NCBI RefSeq assembly: GCF_964204645.1
Contig: NC_134030.1
Coordinates: 20,110,210 to 20,174,209, forward strand
Reading direction: 5' to 3'
DNA from: Tubulanus polymorphus
Lineage: Eukaryota > Animalia > Nemertea
DNA: 64,000 nucleotides
Position numbers and translations under genes: made by a program. The notes under the pieces are model-generated. The model was not told where the DNA came from. It worked only from the letters and a program-made list of their open reading frames with translations, and did not search any database. Positions 46,826 to 60,074 of the stretch are shown piece by piece; within the stretch, counting starts at the first letter, position 1; each line of letters begins with the position of its first letter.

Positions 46826-49400
46826 GCCTGACCAGGCCCCGCCTATAGAGAGGGATACGTAGGCTGCTTCGTGTTTAGTCATGCGTGACCAGGACCCGCC
46901 CATAGAGGGAGGCACTGGGTGTTTCGTGTTTAGTCATGCGTGACCAGGACCCACCTATAGAGGGAGATACTGGGTGTTTCGTGTTTAGTCATGCGTGACC
47001 AGGACCCGCCCATAGAGGGAGACACTGGGTGTTTCGTGTTTAGTCATGCGTGACCAGGACCCACCTATAGAGGGAGATACTGGGTGTTTCGTGTTTAGTC
47101 ATGCGTGACCAGGACCCGCCCATAGAGGGAGGCACTGGGTGTTTCGTGTTTAGTCATGCGTGACCAGGACCCGCTCATAGAGGGAGGCACTGGGTGTTTC
47201 GTGTTTAGTCATGCGTGACCAGGACCCGCCTATAGAGGGAGATACTGGGTGTTTCGTGTTTAGTCATGCGTGACCAGGACCCGCCCATAGAGGGAGACAC
47301 TGGGTGTTTCGTGTTTAGTCATGCGTGACCAGGACCCGCTCATAGAGGGAGACACTGGGTGTTTCGTGTTTAGTCATGCGTGACCAGGACCCGCCCATAG
47401 AGGGAGACACTGGGTGTTTCGTGTTTAGTCATGCGTGACCAGGACCCGCCCATAGAGGGAGACACTGGGTGTTTCGTGTTTAGTCATGCGTGACCAGGAC
47501 CCGCCCATAGAGGGAGACACTGGGTGTTTCGTGTTTAGTCATGCGTGACCAGGACCGGCCCATAGAGGGAGACACTGGGTGTTTCGTGTTTAGTCATGCG
47601 TGACCAGGACCCGCCTATAGAGGGAGACACTGGGTGTTTCGTGTTTAGTCATGCGTGACCAGGACCCGCCCATAGAGGGAGACACTGGGTGTTTCGTGTT
47701 TAGTCATGCGTGACCAGGACCCGCTCATAGAGGGAGGCACTGGGTGTTTCGTGTTTAGTCATGCGTGACCAGGACCCGCCCATAGAGGGAGACACTGGGT
47801 GTTTCGTGTTTAGTCATGCGTGACCAGGACCCGCCCATAGAGGGAGACACTGGGTGTTTCGTGTTTAGTCATGCGTGACCAGGACCCGCCCATAGAGGGA
47901 GACACTGGGTGTTTCGTGTTTAGTCATGCGTGACCAGGACCCGCCCATAGAGGGAGACACTGGGTGTTTCGTGTTTAGTCATGCGTGACCAGGACCCGCC
48001 CATAGAGGGAGACACTGGGTGTTTCGTGTTTAGTCATGCGTGACCAGGCCCCGCCTATAGAGGGCACTGCGTGTTTCGTGTTTAGTCATCAGTCATGAGT
48101 TTCGTGACCGGGACCCAAGTCATGCGTGGCCAGGACCCGCCTATAGAGGGAGACACTGGGTGTGTCGTGTTTAGTCATGCGTGACCAGGACCCGCCTATA
48201 GATGGAGACACTGGGTGTGTCGTGTTTAGTCATGCGTGACCAGGACCCACCTATAGAGGGAGATACTGGGTGTTTCGTGTTTAGTCATGCGTGACCAGGA
48301 CCCGCTCATAGAGGGAGACACTGGGTGTTTCGTGTTTAGTCATGCGTGACCAGGACCCGCCCATAGAGGGAGACACTGGGTGTTTCGTGTTTAGTCATGC
48401 GTGACCAGGACCCGCTCATAGAGGGAGACACTGGGTGTTTCGTGTTTAGTCATGCGTGACCAGGACCCGCCCATAGAGGGAGACACTGGGTGTTTCGTGT
48501 TTAGTCATGCGTGACCAGGACCCGCCCATAGAGGGAGACACTGGGTGTTTCGTGTTTAGTCATGCGTGACCAGGACCCGCCCATAGAGGGAGACACTGGG
48601 TGTTTCGTGTTTAGTCATGCGTGACCAGGACCCGCCCATAGAGGGAGACACTGGGTGTTTCGTGTTTAGTCATGCGTGACCAGGACCCGCCTATAGAGGG
48701 AGACACTGGGTGTTTCGTGTTTAGTCATGCGTGACCAGGACCCGCCCATAGAGGGAGACACTGGGTGTTTCGTGTTTAGTCATGCGTGACCAGGACCCGC
48801 TCATAGAGGGAGGCACTGGGTGTTTCGTGTTTAGTCATGCGTGACCAGGACCCGCCCATAGAGGGAGACACTGGGTGTTTCGTGTTTAGTCATGCGTGAC
48901 CAGGACCCGCCTATAGAGGGAGACACTGGGTGTTTCGTGTTTAGTCATGCGTGACCAGGACCCGCCCATAGAGGGAGACACTGGGTGTTTCGTGTTTAGT
49001 CATGCGTGACCAGGACCCGCCTATAGAGGGCACTGCGTGTTTCGTGTTTAGTCATCAGTCATGAGTTTCGTGACCGGGACCCAAGTCATGCGTGGCCAGG
49101 ACCCGCCTATAGAGGGAGACACTGGGTGTGTCGTGTTTAGTCATGCGTGACCAGGACCCGCCTATAGATGGAGACACTGGGTGTGTCGTGTTTAGTCATG
49201 CGTGACCAGGACCCACCTATAGAGGGAGATATTGGGTGTTTCGTGTTTAGTCATGCGTGACCAAGACCCGCCTATAGAGGGAGACACTGGATGTTTCGTG
49301 TTTATTCATGCGTGACCAGGACCCGCCTGTAGAGGGAGGCACTCATGTTCAGTCATGCGTGACCAGGACCCACCTATAGAGGGAGACCGGGTGTTTCGTG
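46826..49400. repeat. 55-bp GC-richer satellite (~46 units)
   Basis: Unit CATGCGTGACCAGGACCCGCCCATAGAGGGAGACACTGGGTGTTTCGTGTTTAGT. Confidence 0.97.
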
Positions 49401-50751
49401 TGGACCCAGAAGTCCAAGGTGAAGAGTTCGTGTCTTAAAGCCAATTAGTCTAAGCCACTACATTCCCTAATAAATCTTTCAAATATTGATGCCATTTTTT
49501 GCAGGTTGTCGTTAGAATGCCGACACTGAAGGGAGGATGCCTGAAGATATGCAAGGTCTAATATTCTTGAATACATGTTTGCGAAATAAATGACATTGTA
49601 TGGATTACATTGCAATTTCTGCAAATATAATTTCTGCAAATAAAAAGTCTAGAAGATGTTATTGAAAAAGTGTTAATCAAAATAATTGCATTAGTCTATT
49701 GATGGAAAACTACGATTCTAAAATTCACGCGTATTTCAATTAGGCCGATTTGGAGTAAAATGAAAAAGAATTTAGAAGAATAATGAAATGAATTTGGCAT
49801 ACAAAGGAACACAACTATTTCATCATATTTGTAAACCATATTCTAAACACCCGGTAGGCTCAATTACCTGACAATCGTAATAAAAACCGTTATTCTTTTC
49901 ATCACTCATTTGCACCAATGATGGTTGCGTTCGAATATCGGAAAGAATTTGGCTAATATTAACAGGACCAAATCTGAATTTTCATGATAAACGGTAAGAA
50001 CGCTAGTGGGGGTTCGAACCTACTCATATCGGTGATCAGCAGTGGTTATGACGGATAGGATTTGGACACGCCTGTTTACGATATTTCACGCATACGATGG
50101 TAACTGTCTGAATGAGTGGTTCCTAGTTAAAGATTGATACCTGCGCTACAGTGGACCCTCGTTAAGGCAAGCTGTTTTAGTTTGACTATTTCAGATGGCT
50201 AAACACTTAAATAACCTTCGTAGGAGCACGAACATGTGCAATATCGGCATAAGAACCAGCACCAGCGGTTGAACGGCGTCCTCACAGCATCCTCACTTTA
50301 CAGGGTGGTACTTAGATAACGCAACAGATGTCAACAATTGTCGAATAAAGCCATAATTGGTGAACTGTGGAAATAAAGCGTTTCAGTGGGAAACTGAGTT
50401 AATCAAGACATGGACCTCGCCATGTCAGTTTTTTTCTGTCCATATATAAATACTATCATATACAAATGTGATTGTCACCTAAACAATGCAACGACATGAA
50501 AAAATATACATTTACAAATAGATACATTTATCATTACTTTTTCATCATGCATGCAGCATCGATTTACATCTTTCCCAGACAGACAGTGGTTGACGGTAAG
50601 ATTTTCCGGGCGTTCGGTAGAAGTAAGCCTCTTAAAACCGTGTGAAAAACATCGCGCTAAACACGTGCGAATTACCCTCTAATCATCGACATTCTTTAAA
50701 AAGCAGGAATGTATTTGACACGCGAGCTTTGAATCTCATCACTCAACAAAC

Positions 50752-51645
50752 ATGAAGGTTTGTACCACGAATATCAACACGAATCATAATTATTAGAACT
50801 GTTAGTAAACTATAAGTCTGTGTTGTATACACATGTTCGAATATTGGTTATTTTACAGATCTTCGTTTTGGTTGTCGAAGTCGTGTTACTCATTTCAGGA
50901 GTAGTTTCCACCGAAGGTAAGCGAATTAGATCTTCATTGGATCCTCGTGATTTTTATTATAAAACTAATTGTATCGAATCCGATAGATGCATGTATCTCT
51001 TAAAGAACATACCAAACTCTCGGTTTTCATTCTATCCCTAGTGACAATTGGTTATGATAATAATAACGATAATTTAACAATAACTAGAAAATGGCGTAAT
51101 GGCTAGAAAACGCGTGTCATCACGATAAATTAAAAGTTAAGTTTTTCCTTTGAAGAGTGCGAGAGCTAACAAAATTCAAGATTCCCGCTTGCGGCCATGA
51201 GCGAGAAAGCCGCAGTAAATCATGTACCTATCAATAATTCAAACCGGGTCTAAAAGGAAATCGCAGGTTATTCGATGTTTGTAGACCGCTAACAGCTGAC
51301 TGACGCGAGGACAGAGACGTGCATGATTCACTAATGAATGAATAGTAAATTGTGATTATAGAGAAAAATTTGTGGTAGCGAAATGGACTAGATGATACTA
51401 AAACAAAGTATCATTAATCGTCAGTTAAATCATCAGAGGGTGCCATAGGTGATACGTTGTCGCTAACATATCGGAAGGTTGAGGCTGCTCTAGAAAGAAC
51501 TCACCACGAATCTGTGGCGATCTTTGCGGGTGGACGGCTGCAAGGATGGTTTTGCCTGCGGGTGCAACGGGGGAGCCGCCAACGCTATTGTGGCTTCCAC
51601 GAGGATTCCACATGTGGCATACAAGTATCCGCCAGGTGTCGCTAG
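50752..51645 (+). CDS. Putative small secreted peptide precursor; exons 50752-50757, 50859-50916, 51425-51645 (~94 aa), possibly frameshifted
   Basis: AAACATGAAG|GTTTGT, TTTTACAG|...G|GTAAGC, TCAG| give MKIFVLVVEVVLLISGVVSTEVKSSEGAIGDTLSLTYRKVEAALER...FCLR...YCGFHEDSTCGIQVSARCR*; TTTAAAAAG ~55 bp upstream. Confidence 0.55.
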
Positions 51646-52635
51646 TAGTTACACTCAAATTCCTTCGTTCGATTACATATCAGTTAAATTTGAATGGTCT
51701 TTTCAATTGAATAATTCAATCGTTATTGAAAATTATACCGATATTGGAGAAGAATTTATATTTGTATGAGTTGGATTTATTTCAATTTGGGTTCTTCTTT
51801 CTTCACTTTTATAACAAAACGTCTATCAAAATAAATCAAACTCATACAAATATAAGTATTCAATGTTTTAAATATGAACTATTTCATTCGCACTTTATTC
51901 ACACTTTTATAATTAATATGTATAGTGATTTCCCTATATTTGTTATTATATTTCTAAATTATACACTTTACTCACAATTTTATAATTAATACATATAATT
52001 ATTTCTCTATATTTGATAATATTTGATATAATAAATCTAAATTATTTTGCTAACACTGTACTCACTCTTTTGTTCGCTAAGATTTTCATCTTATATGATA
52101 TTCATTTATATGTTATTCACATATATGGAATCACTCGAGTGTTTAGATGATAGTTGTTCCAGATTAAAGGTTGAGCGAGTAAAAAATAGAAATAATTTAC
52201 AGCTTGCGTAAATAAATTCAGCTTCCCAGTATTTGGGAATCCTCACTCGACGACGCATTAGCTCAAAACATATCTTCTTAGAAAGGCGGATAATGTCAGT
52301 TACAAATTGTTTTTACTCTTGTATTTCAATAGTATTTTGATAATTTTATGATTTCATTTATTACTATTGTTAAGGGTCATATCAATCACGTGGCGATAAC
52401 AGCTAATACGCTCGCTTTGGGTCTTTAATCAAAGTTGTGATATTTGATATATTTAAGATTGTTAAACAGATGTGATAAAATCAATCGAATTAAAAACAAT
52501 CGCCATGTTTACTGCCTGATTGAACACGGGAGTCTTTAATGTGACTAAGTGGTAAGGGTTTTTACAAGTAAAACGACATTAAATGAACATCTGAGTAAAA
52601 TGATCAATGTTCTTATTCATCGATGTATGATTGTT

Positions 52636-55600
52636 TCAGCGAGTTCCCCAAACCCGTTTACTTCTAGCTCGTATTGATTTCATATCGATAGTGAGGATGG
52701 TGTAAAGAAGTGGATTCAGTGACGAGTTGATCGGTAGGAAAAGTACCGCCAACCAAGCCGCCACTTGGTTCGGTATTTCTACCCGGAATACAGCGCAAAA
52801 CTGAACGATAATTATCGGTAACCAGCAAAATAAATTACACAGATTTATCACTAAACTCCTACGCGCCAGAATCAATTCGGTAGGATCAGCTCTACCCGAG
52901 CCGGACCTGCTTCCAGATACGAGTCTATACATTTGTGCATACGTCATCATTATTGTAGCAAGTACAACCGAGTTAAAAACGGCAAAAATAGCGAATGAGT
53001 ATTGCCAGGCGGGGACATCGATGGTTATCAAATTCATAGGTAGACAAACACCAGTTGTCCCGTAAAAATTGTTTCCGAAGTAAGAAGATGACGATAGCGG
53101 TAGCAACGAAATGATAAACAAAATGATCCAACATACACAGCACATGCCGGATACCGAATTCGAAGATATAATTGGGCTTCCAGAAAATGGGTCGACGATA
53201 TTCGAGAATCTTTGACGCGTGAGCATGAGGAGAAATGCCAGTGATCCCTCACACGAAATAGTCACTATAATCCCAGCGAGGCGACACAAGGAACTATCTG
53301 TCCAACTTTCAGAATTTAGGAAATAAACACCTTTATAGACGTAATCAGCTCCGGCGATCAGAAAAAGATAAATTGACATGAGAAAATCGCAAGAGGCAAT
53401 ATTAATGATGAGGATATCGGAGCAAGTGTTCCTTGATTCAGAGGATGCATTACGAAATGCTTGGACGCGAAGTAAAATGACGATGCTGTTCGCAAAAAAG
53501 CTGAATGAGGCGATTGCCCAAATTATTGCCCTAAGAACAGTGTTACCCATCAGATCGGAACAAGATGAATATTGATCAGCTTTTGGTAGACACCGTTTAA
53601 CATTCGGAACCATGCAACAAAATTTGTACGCGTCAGAAGCCAAAGAACTCAATAATGTAAGACTGTCAAAAACGTTTCTAACTACGGAGATGACTTTAGA
53701 ATTTTTGGTTAGATCCAGATTTCTAAGTTTTGTTAATCCGTCAAACGCGTTTGGTGACATATACCTGATTTTATTGCTGCTGATATTTAACGACTCTAAA
53801 GCGGATAGACCACTAAATACATTTCCCTCGAGTAACGACAAGAAAAGCCCGTGAAGGTCTAGATCGCGTATCGACTTTAACCCTTGAAAACTGCCTTCTT
53901 CTAAAGATCTCACTGGATTTCCAAAAAGCAAGAGCACTTGTAAGTTATACAAACCGGCGAATGTATTCGCGGACAATGACATTAAGCGGTTATATGTAAG
54001 ATCTAATGTATGTAGATTATGCAGGTTTGAAAACGCGTTCGTAACAATGTGAGACAAATTGTTACGTGATACATTTAGGAAATGTAGATAGTGGTACGAA
54101 TAAAAGGTGTAATGATTGATTACAACTCGGTTTCCTGATAAAATCAGAACTCGAGTTGATGCCGAGAAAAGATCAGTAATTTCTCCTAAACCAGCATCAT
54201 TACAATCAATTAAATGGCCTTGGCATTCACAACTATTTGGACACGAGACATCACAGAAGGATTCATCATCCGAGTTATGTTTACAATTTACAACACCATC
54301 ACAAACTTCAGATTGAGGTATACATCGGTTTTCCTGGCCACATTTGAACATGCCGGGACATGATAAAGTCTGACAGTTTCGCTCGTCTTCTGAATTAGGA
54401 CAATCGGATCGACCATCGCACACCTGTCCCATCGGTATACAGTAAGATGCTGGACATTTAACAGTACCAGCTGGACATTGGAAATCAGTACAACCTCGTA
54501 TGTGTTCGAGCCTTCTACATATGGGATGACCTGTTGGCATTCGTTCTAAGATACATCTATGACGTCTAGAATAACAGTGAGGAGAATCAAAAGAACATCT
54601 TTGTCCGTCAGATTTCTTACACAATGTTGTGAAATTAGTCGTACAGTAGTTATCCGTAGTGCACTGAATATTCGGGTTAACAGTTATATTTGTGACTATC
54701 TCATCTTCCTCGAGGTCCCCACCACAATCTACAACACCATCCCGATACAACAGAGAACTGATACATTCACCGTTTACACACAGAAACCCGTTACATTCAT
54801 CCGAAGAGCAGCCGATCTCATCAGATTCATCTTTACAATCAACCAGTCCATCACATCGTTTATATTTACCCACGCATTGTCCATTGCTACACTTAAACTG
54901 TTCAGAGGAACACACATTATGATAGCACGAGTTCTCATCTGATCCGTCAGCGCAATCCCGTACAAAATCGCACAAATTACTAACTGATATAACCCGTCCA
55001 TCTGAACAGTGGAACCGACTTTGTAAGTTTGAACCCGAACAATCGAGTTCATCTTCACCGTGTTGACAGTCGTTTCTGGTATCACATACGCGATGGCTAC
55101 TGATACATCTTTGGTCGTTGCATTGAAATTGCCACGATTTACAACCACTTACAGAGCCTAACTCTTTACTAGTTACTTTATAGGCACAAAGCACAGAATG
55201 CGCTACATCTGTGACATTATTGAAAACAGTCACTGACCATTCCACTGATTTGATATATGTTATCTCATCCCTGGTTACGATTGGTGTGATAGCGAGAATT
55301 CCACTATTTGCAGCCTTTGCCAGTATCGCACCATATTGAAATTTGTACTGGAATTTTTGAATCAAATGATCAATTCTTAATTCATTGGATATCATACCTA
55401 TGTCACCGCCGATTGTGTGACACATTCTCTCAGCTTCCAGAATTGACAATCTGTGAGTATCCCAAGCTGTAAGTATCTGATAGCAATGTCCTTCTATACC
55501 AATCCACCCTCGTAGACACGTTGAGTTACTTACTTCAAATGTCTGAGAATATTGACTGTTGTTTCCCTTCGAAACATTGAATTGCTGATTGTTAATAGTT

Positions 55601-58600
55601 GTGTAGTTATTTGTGTCTGTTTCACAAATAAAAGTCGTGTGAGTCTCCTCGATTTGACACGGGAATCGAACCCAGTTCGCTGATCCTCGTGGATTATTCA
55701 GTATCATCGCCGTACACGGCATATTGACGTCATTTATCGGTTGTTTTCGTAGAGGAGATATCAGTCCTTGAATAACTTCCGGTATCGTTTCGTTTACCAA
55801 AGCGGGTTTAAACCACTGCGCGTAGCTCAATGGTTTCCCATCAGTCCACGCGTAATAACCATCATTCTGTTTGAAAATAGAATACAATTCAATACATCGA
55901 CTGCAAAATGTGGTTATTGTGCCGTTTGTTTTTAATCATTTAAATATAGATAAGTTATAGTTATCTAACCCTGTAATTAAGCATCAAAATCGAGTAAATA
56001 AACTTCAAATAATCTTACAATTTATATGCGTTTGCTTTCGTAGAAGTCCCTTTTCAGTAAATATTAGATTTTTTCTTATTTCTATCAAAGTAGAGAATTG
56101 TGTTTCTATGCGGTAAATATGACACATTTTTTTTCGAAAAAAGTCGATCATTATTTGAGTGGTCCGTAGCTCTTGAAATTACCTGCCATTTTAAGCCAAT
56201 CATCACAATTAACGCCGCCTGAAAGTACGCTTCGAATAGAAGTTTCGTAGCGAACAGCTTTTTTACAGCAATCATCTCATATTCCGAGTTGATACTGAGA
56301 AGATGTCCTCCGTAGTTCTGTTGACAGTAAATTTCAGCGTTCTCCCAGTTCAAAGGTTTGTGCTTTATGTATCTTACACACGAAACACCTGAATCTAGAA
56401 AATCTGATCGGCAGGACCTTATTTGATGTGTTTGTAAAGGTGATTGTTGTAAAGTGTATTGAATTTGAAATATTGGGATTTTGTTTTTCGCTTCAAAGTA
56501 AACGTCGTGCCCGAGTAGACTGTATAATACAAGTCCAGGTACAGCGTTATTTTCGCATATTTTAGTCTCGTGACGATGCAGCGTGAAGTCGGCATCCTCT
56601 TCCGGTATCTTGATGATTTGTACCAGTAATAAAAGATCTCGTATTTTATAACTATTAGAAGGGCTACACGATGCTTGGCCAATAAATTTAAACAGGAATC
56701 TGATGTAATATGAACGCGTGTGTCTGGGGTTACGAAATGAATAGAATCGTGATTTGCTGCTTTGTGATTGAATACCCAGATAGTTCGGTGATTGTACGAC
56801 TCCACATTTCTCTAATACATACGGGATGACAATAAATGAATTTGAACTGATCATCGGCGAATCTCGATCTGCCTTCAATCCCAAACATTTACGTCGTAAG
56901 ACTATCATCAGTGCACTACTCCAGAATCTATAACTACTTCCCTTTAATATCAAATCAGTTAAAATGAGACTATTATTCCGTAATTGGGTTTTTAGAGTTA
57001 CGGGACATGTAGTAAGACCGCGGAAACAAACGCCAGTTCTATATTCATGTTCCGAAAATATATTAATGTTTACGAAAGGAAGGCGCCGGTTTTCGGGTGT
57101 AACCACGAGACAGTTTGACGTCATATTGATCTGATTTTCTCCTTCTTGTAAAACATATCCGTCACAGTCGGTGCGGGTGAATGTAAGATATGATACCGAA
57201 TCTACCGTTAACCGATCATCCCAGTTATAAGCGTATGCTACTACAGTAACCGGTCCTCCTGATGTAATCAGACTGACGACGCTGCGACCGTACCACCGAC
57301 CATCAGGACAATACGGACCATAGCGTCTAGCTGTAAAATTACCGCCATCATATATATAAAATCCAGCTCTCTCGCACGTCTCTGATAAAACTGTTAGCTT
57401 TAACCTATCCTCATAGATATCAACTTTCCGTTTAAATTCTAATGTATTAATGCGATACGTAAATGTTGTCGCCTTTATCCGCGGGAGCAGAATTTGACTT
57501 GACAGCCTGCTGGAACCGATGCGAGTCTACAAAATATAAAAAATCAACACTCATCGAAGTATGTAGTTAATAACTACGTATTTTCGTCGGGGTGGATGGG
57601 CTGGGTAGTCTAAACATTATGATATCAATTTATCTGATAATAACAAATCAAATTATGCCTGACTAATTAGAACAGTTGATATTAGTGATAAATTATTCTA
57701 TGTCAATACGATTCTTTTTGGTTAAAATATGGCCCTTATACTTTTAATATACTCGAGCAAATCACTTATGCTCTTCCACTTTAAGAACCCGATTTGATAT
57801 TTCATAGCCGAAGTAAGTTACTTTTTACTCACCTTGTGTTTGCGGACTTGTACGTCTCCAATAGAGATAGATCTCACTTCAAATTGAATTTTTACATTCG
57901 ATTGTAAAACACCTGGTCTTATTAAAACGCACAGTATGACGAGAAAGCCGCCAGATTTAACACTCAGTGATTCCAGGTAGTTGTAACCGAGTAAAATATC
58001 AGTTCCTACAACGCGTAACCCTTCTAGTTTATATACACCGATGACGTCGCCGGATGTGCTGAGATCACGTGCCCAGTTGAAGACGACGTACTGTAACACC
58101 TGCACTGTGATAGACCAGCAGTGTAAGTGTTTTGATCGAGTTATTACGTGTAAACTGTTGTCATCAGGAATGAGCACTCCAGACTCGTCATTAGAGATTT
58201 GAATTAATGGATTAGAGACGTTCCATTCAGATATTCTATACACCTGAACTGATAGTTCTGAGGTAATTGCATGTCTCTCTTGTACCAAACAAATAGTAGC
58301 TTTGCTAGTTTTAGTATAAAATGATGAAGGTGGATGTCCGGTTTGTTCTGGTATAACAGCTATAGGTTCACTTGTGTTCCATCCGTCGTAAATTTGAACA
58401 GTTATCGCTGGATCAGTGCCGGGATATAATTCGAATTCTATATGCGAAAACGTGATATTCATAGCAAAACCATCCGGGATCCCGATCCATTCCAAATACA
58501 ATTTACATCGCCTTAGAAACATAGCAAACTTGTATCCTGTAGGTGTTTGTAATGTGTGGATTTTTAAATCGTATTTTTTGCAGTTGTGAGTTGATTTCAA

Positions 58601-59038
58601 AAAGGATCGTTCGATGTGATACACAATATAAACCCGACTACCCCGCGCACCATCGACGTTACTTCTAAACATCAACGAGATCGAATCGTTCCGGCGGATT
58701 TCATGTTTTCCTTCACCGCAGAATCTGTTATCGGACTCACCGACGAGAAGGTAGTTATCACTACAGAATATCGACGGCTCGATGTCGTAGTATAGTTTGA
58801 TGTTGAAAGTTCCCGGTAAAGAGCTGTTGACGAACCAACGACATTCAACACCGCGCGTCAACGACGGGTAATTCGGTGAAACGATGTAACCGGACGTAGA
58901 ATCGACGGGGTACCAAGTGTTGTTACAAGACGAACTGACCGTCACAGAGTCAGACAGATCAGCGTGTGCGATGTTAACTCGCCAGACGATCAGCGACGCT
59001 ATAAACAGCGCTCTCAGTCGATCCATACCGAACAACAT
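52636..59038 (-). CDS. GRL101-like LGR (CUB/C-type lectin/LDLa/LRR/7TM) GPCR, copy C; exons 59038-57833, 57526-56183, 55866-52636 (~1,926 aa)
   Basis: Phase-0 joins at AAG|GTGAGT, TTTTGTAG|, CAG|GTAATT, AAACAG|. Exon 2 reads open from 57526, upstream of the called ORF. Same domain order as A and B. Confidence 0.93.
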
Positions 59039-59899
59039 AACCGCAACGGAATGATGAACCGAACCTTTGAATAACTCTAATTGGGATTTCTCGCCATATC
59101 GAGTAACAACCCAACACTAATTACAGTTCGCTCAGTCAGAAAATTCGCTCGTATATTTTGAAATAGATATTGTACATTGCTACCGCAATTATTTCTGAAA
59201 TATATACGAAAATCGATTCGAATTTTCGTCTGGTGAAATCGCTACTTTTAACGAATCGATTTTCCAGTAATTACCAGCGTTTGAAGTAATGTACACGTCG
59301 ATTTCGCTGCAAGCATGATTTTTTAACTAAACAAGATACAAGTTTTCATCTGCAGTTGAATTATTTTACCAGTAAGTTGTAGCGACGTTAACTAGAGCTG
59401 AGTTCACCACCACTGGTAATGTTCGTGACTGTCTGAATGAATATCGAACAGAGTTTTTCTAACCCAGGACCAACTACCACAGGGGCATTCAAGGGGTCTG
59501 TGTATACATTTCTGAGATGCCTCAAAAATTTTAATGAATGTTTTCGATGGTTTCCGGGGCATCTCAGAATTCAAAAATACTAGAGGGCATTTGAAATAAA
59601 GATAGTTCACTCCCCTCCGTAAACATTCACCAGCAGGCCCAGTACCCCTACCTTTCTAGAAAATGAACCCAATGTCTTTTTTAAATAAGGCCTTCCGACG
59701 TCAAAAATCAACGAAGTTAATGGAAATTTTTCAATAAACTACATTCGAACTATACCTTCTCGAATTCTTCGATTAGGATAGAATAATTACGTTTTTGGCC
59801 TGAAAGGAGTATATGGCAGATCTGTATTCGAATTGCTAGTCTACACTTACCGAAGGTCGTATATATCTCGAATAATGTACAGAACCTATAGATATTAAC

Positions 59900-60074
59900 C
59901 AACTGTTCGGATGTTTTACTTTTGGATATTTCACAATGAACAATTAATTCCTGTAACATCAAATACCGCGATAATAATTCAGTTATTCGGAGGTTCAAAA
60001 ATGGTTTCGTCCGATCAGAAAACTACGAAATCAAAACGTACAACAATTATGCTCGTAACAGTTTCACTCGCATT
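59900..60074 (+). pseudogene. Fragment paralogous to the 13160 GPCR (TM5-ICL3-TM6)
   Basis: 59971-60074 is nearly identical to 13811-13914 (IQLF.GSKMVSSDQKTTKSKRTTIMLVTVSLA); truncated. Confidence 0.85.
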
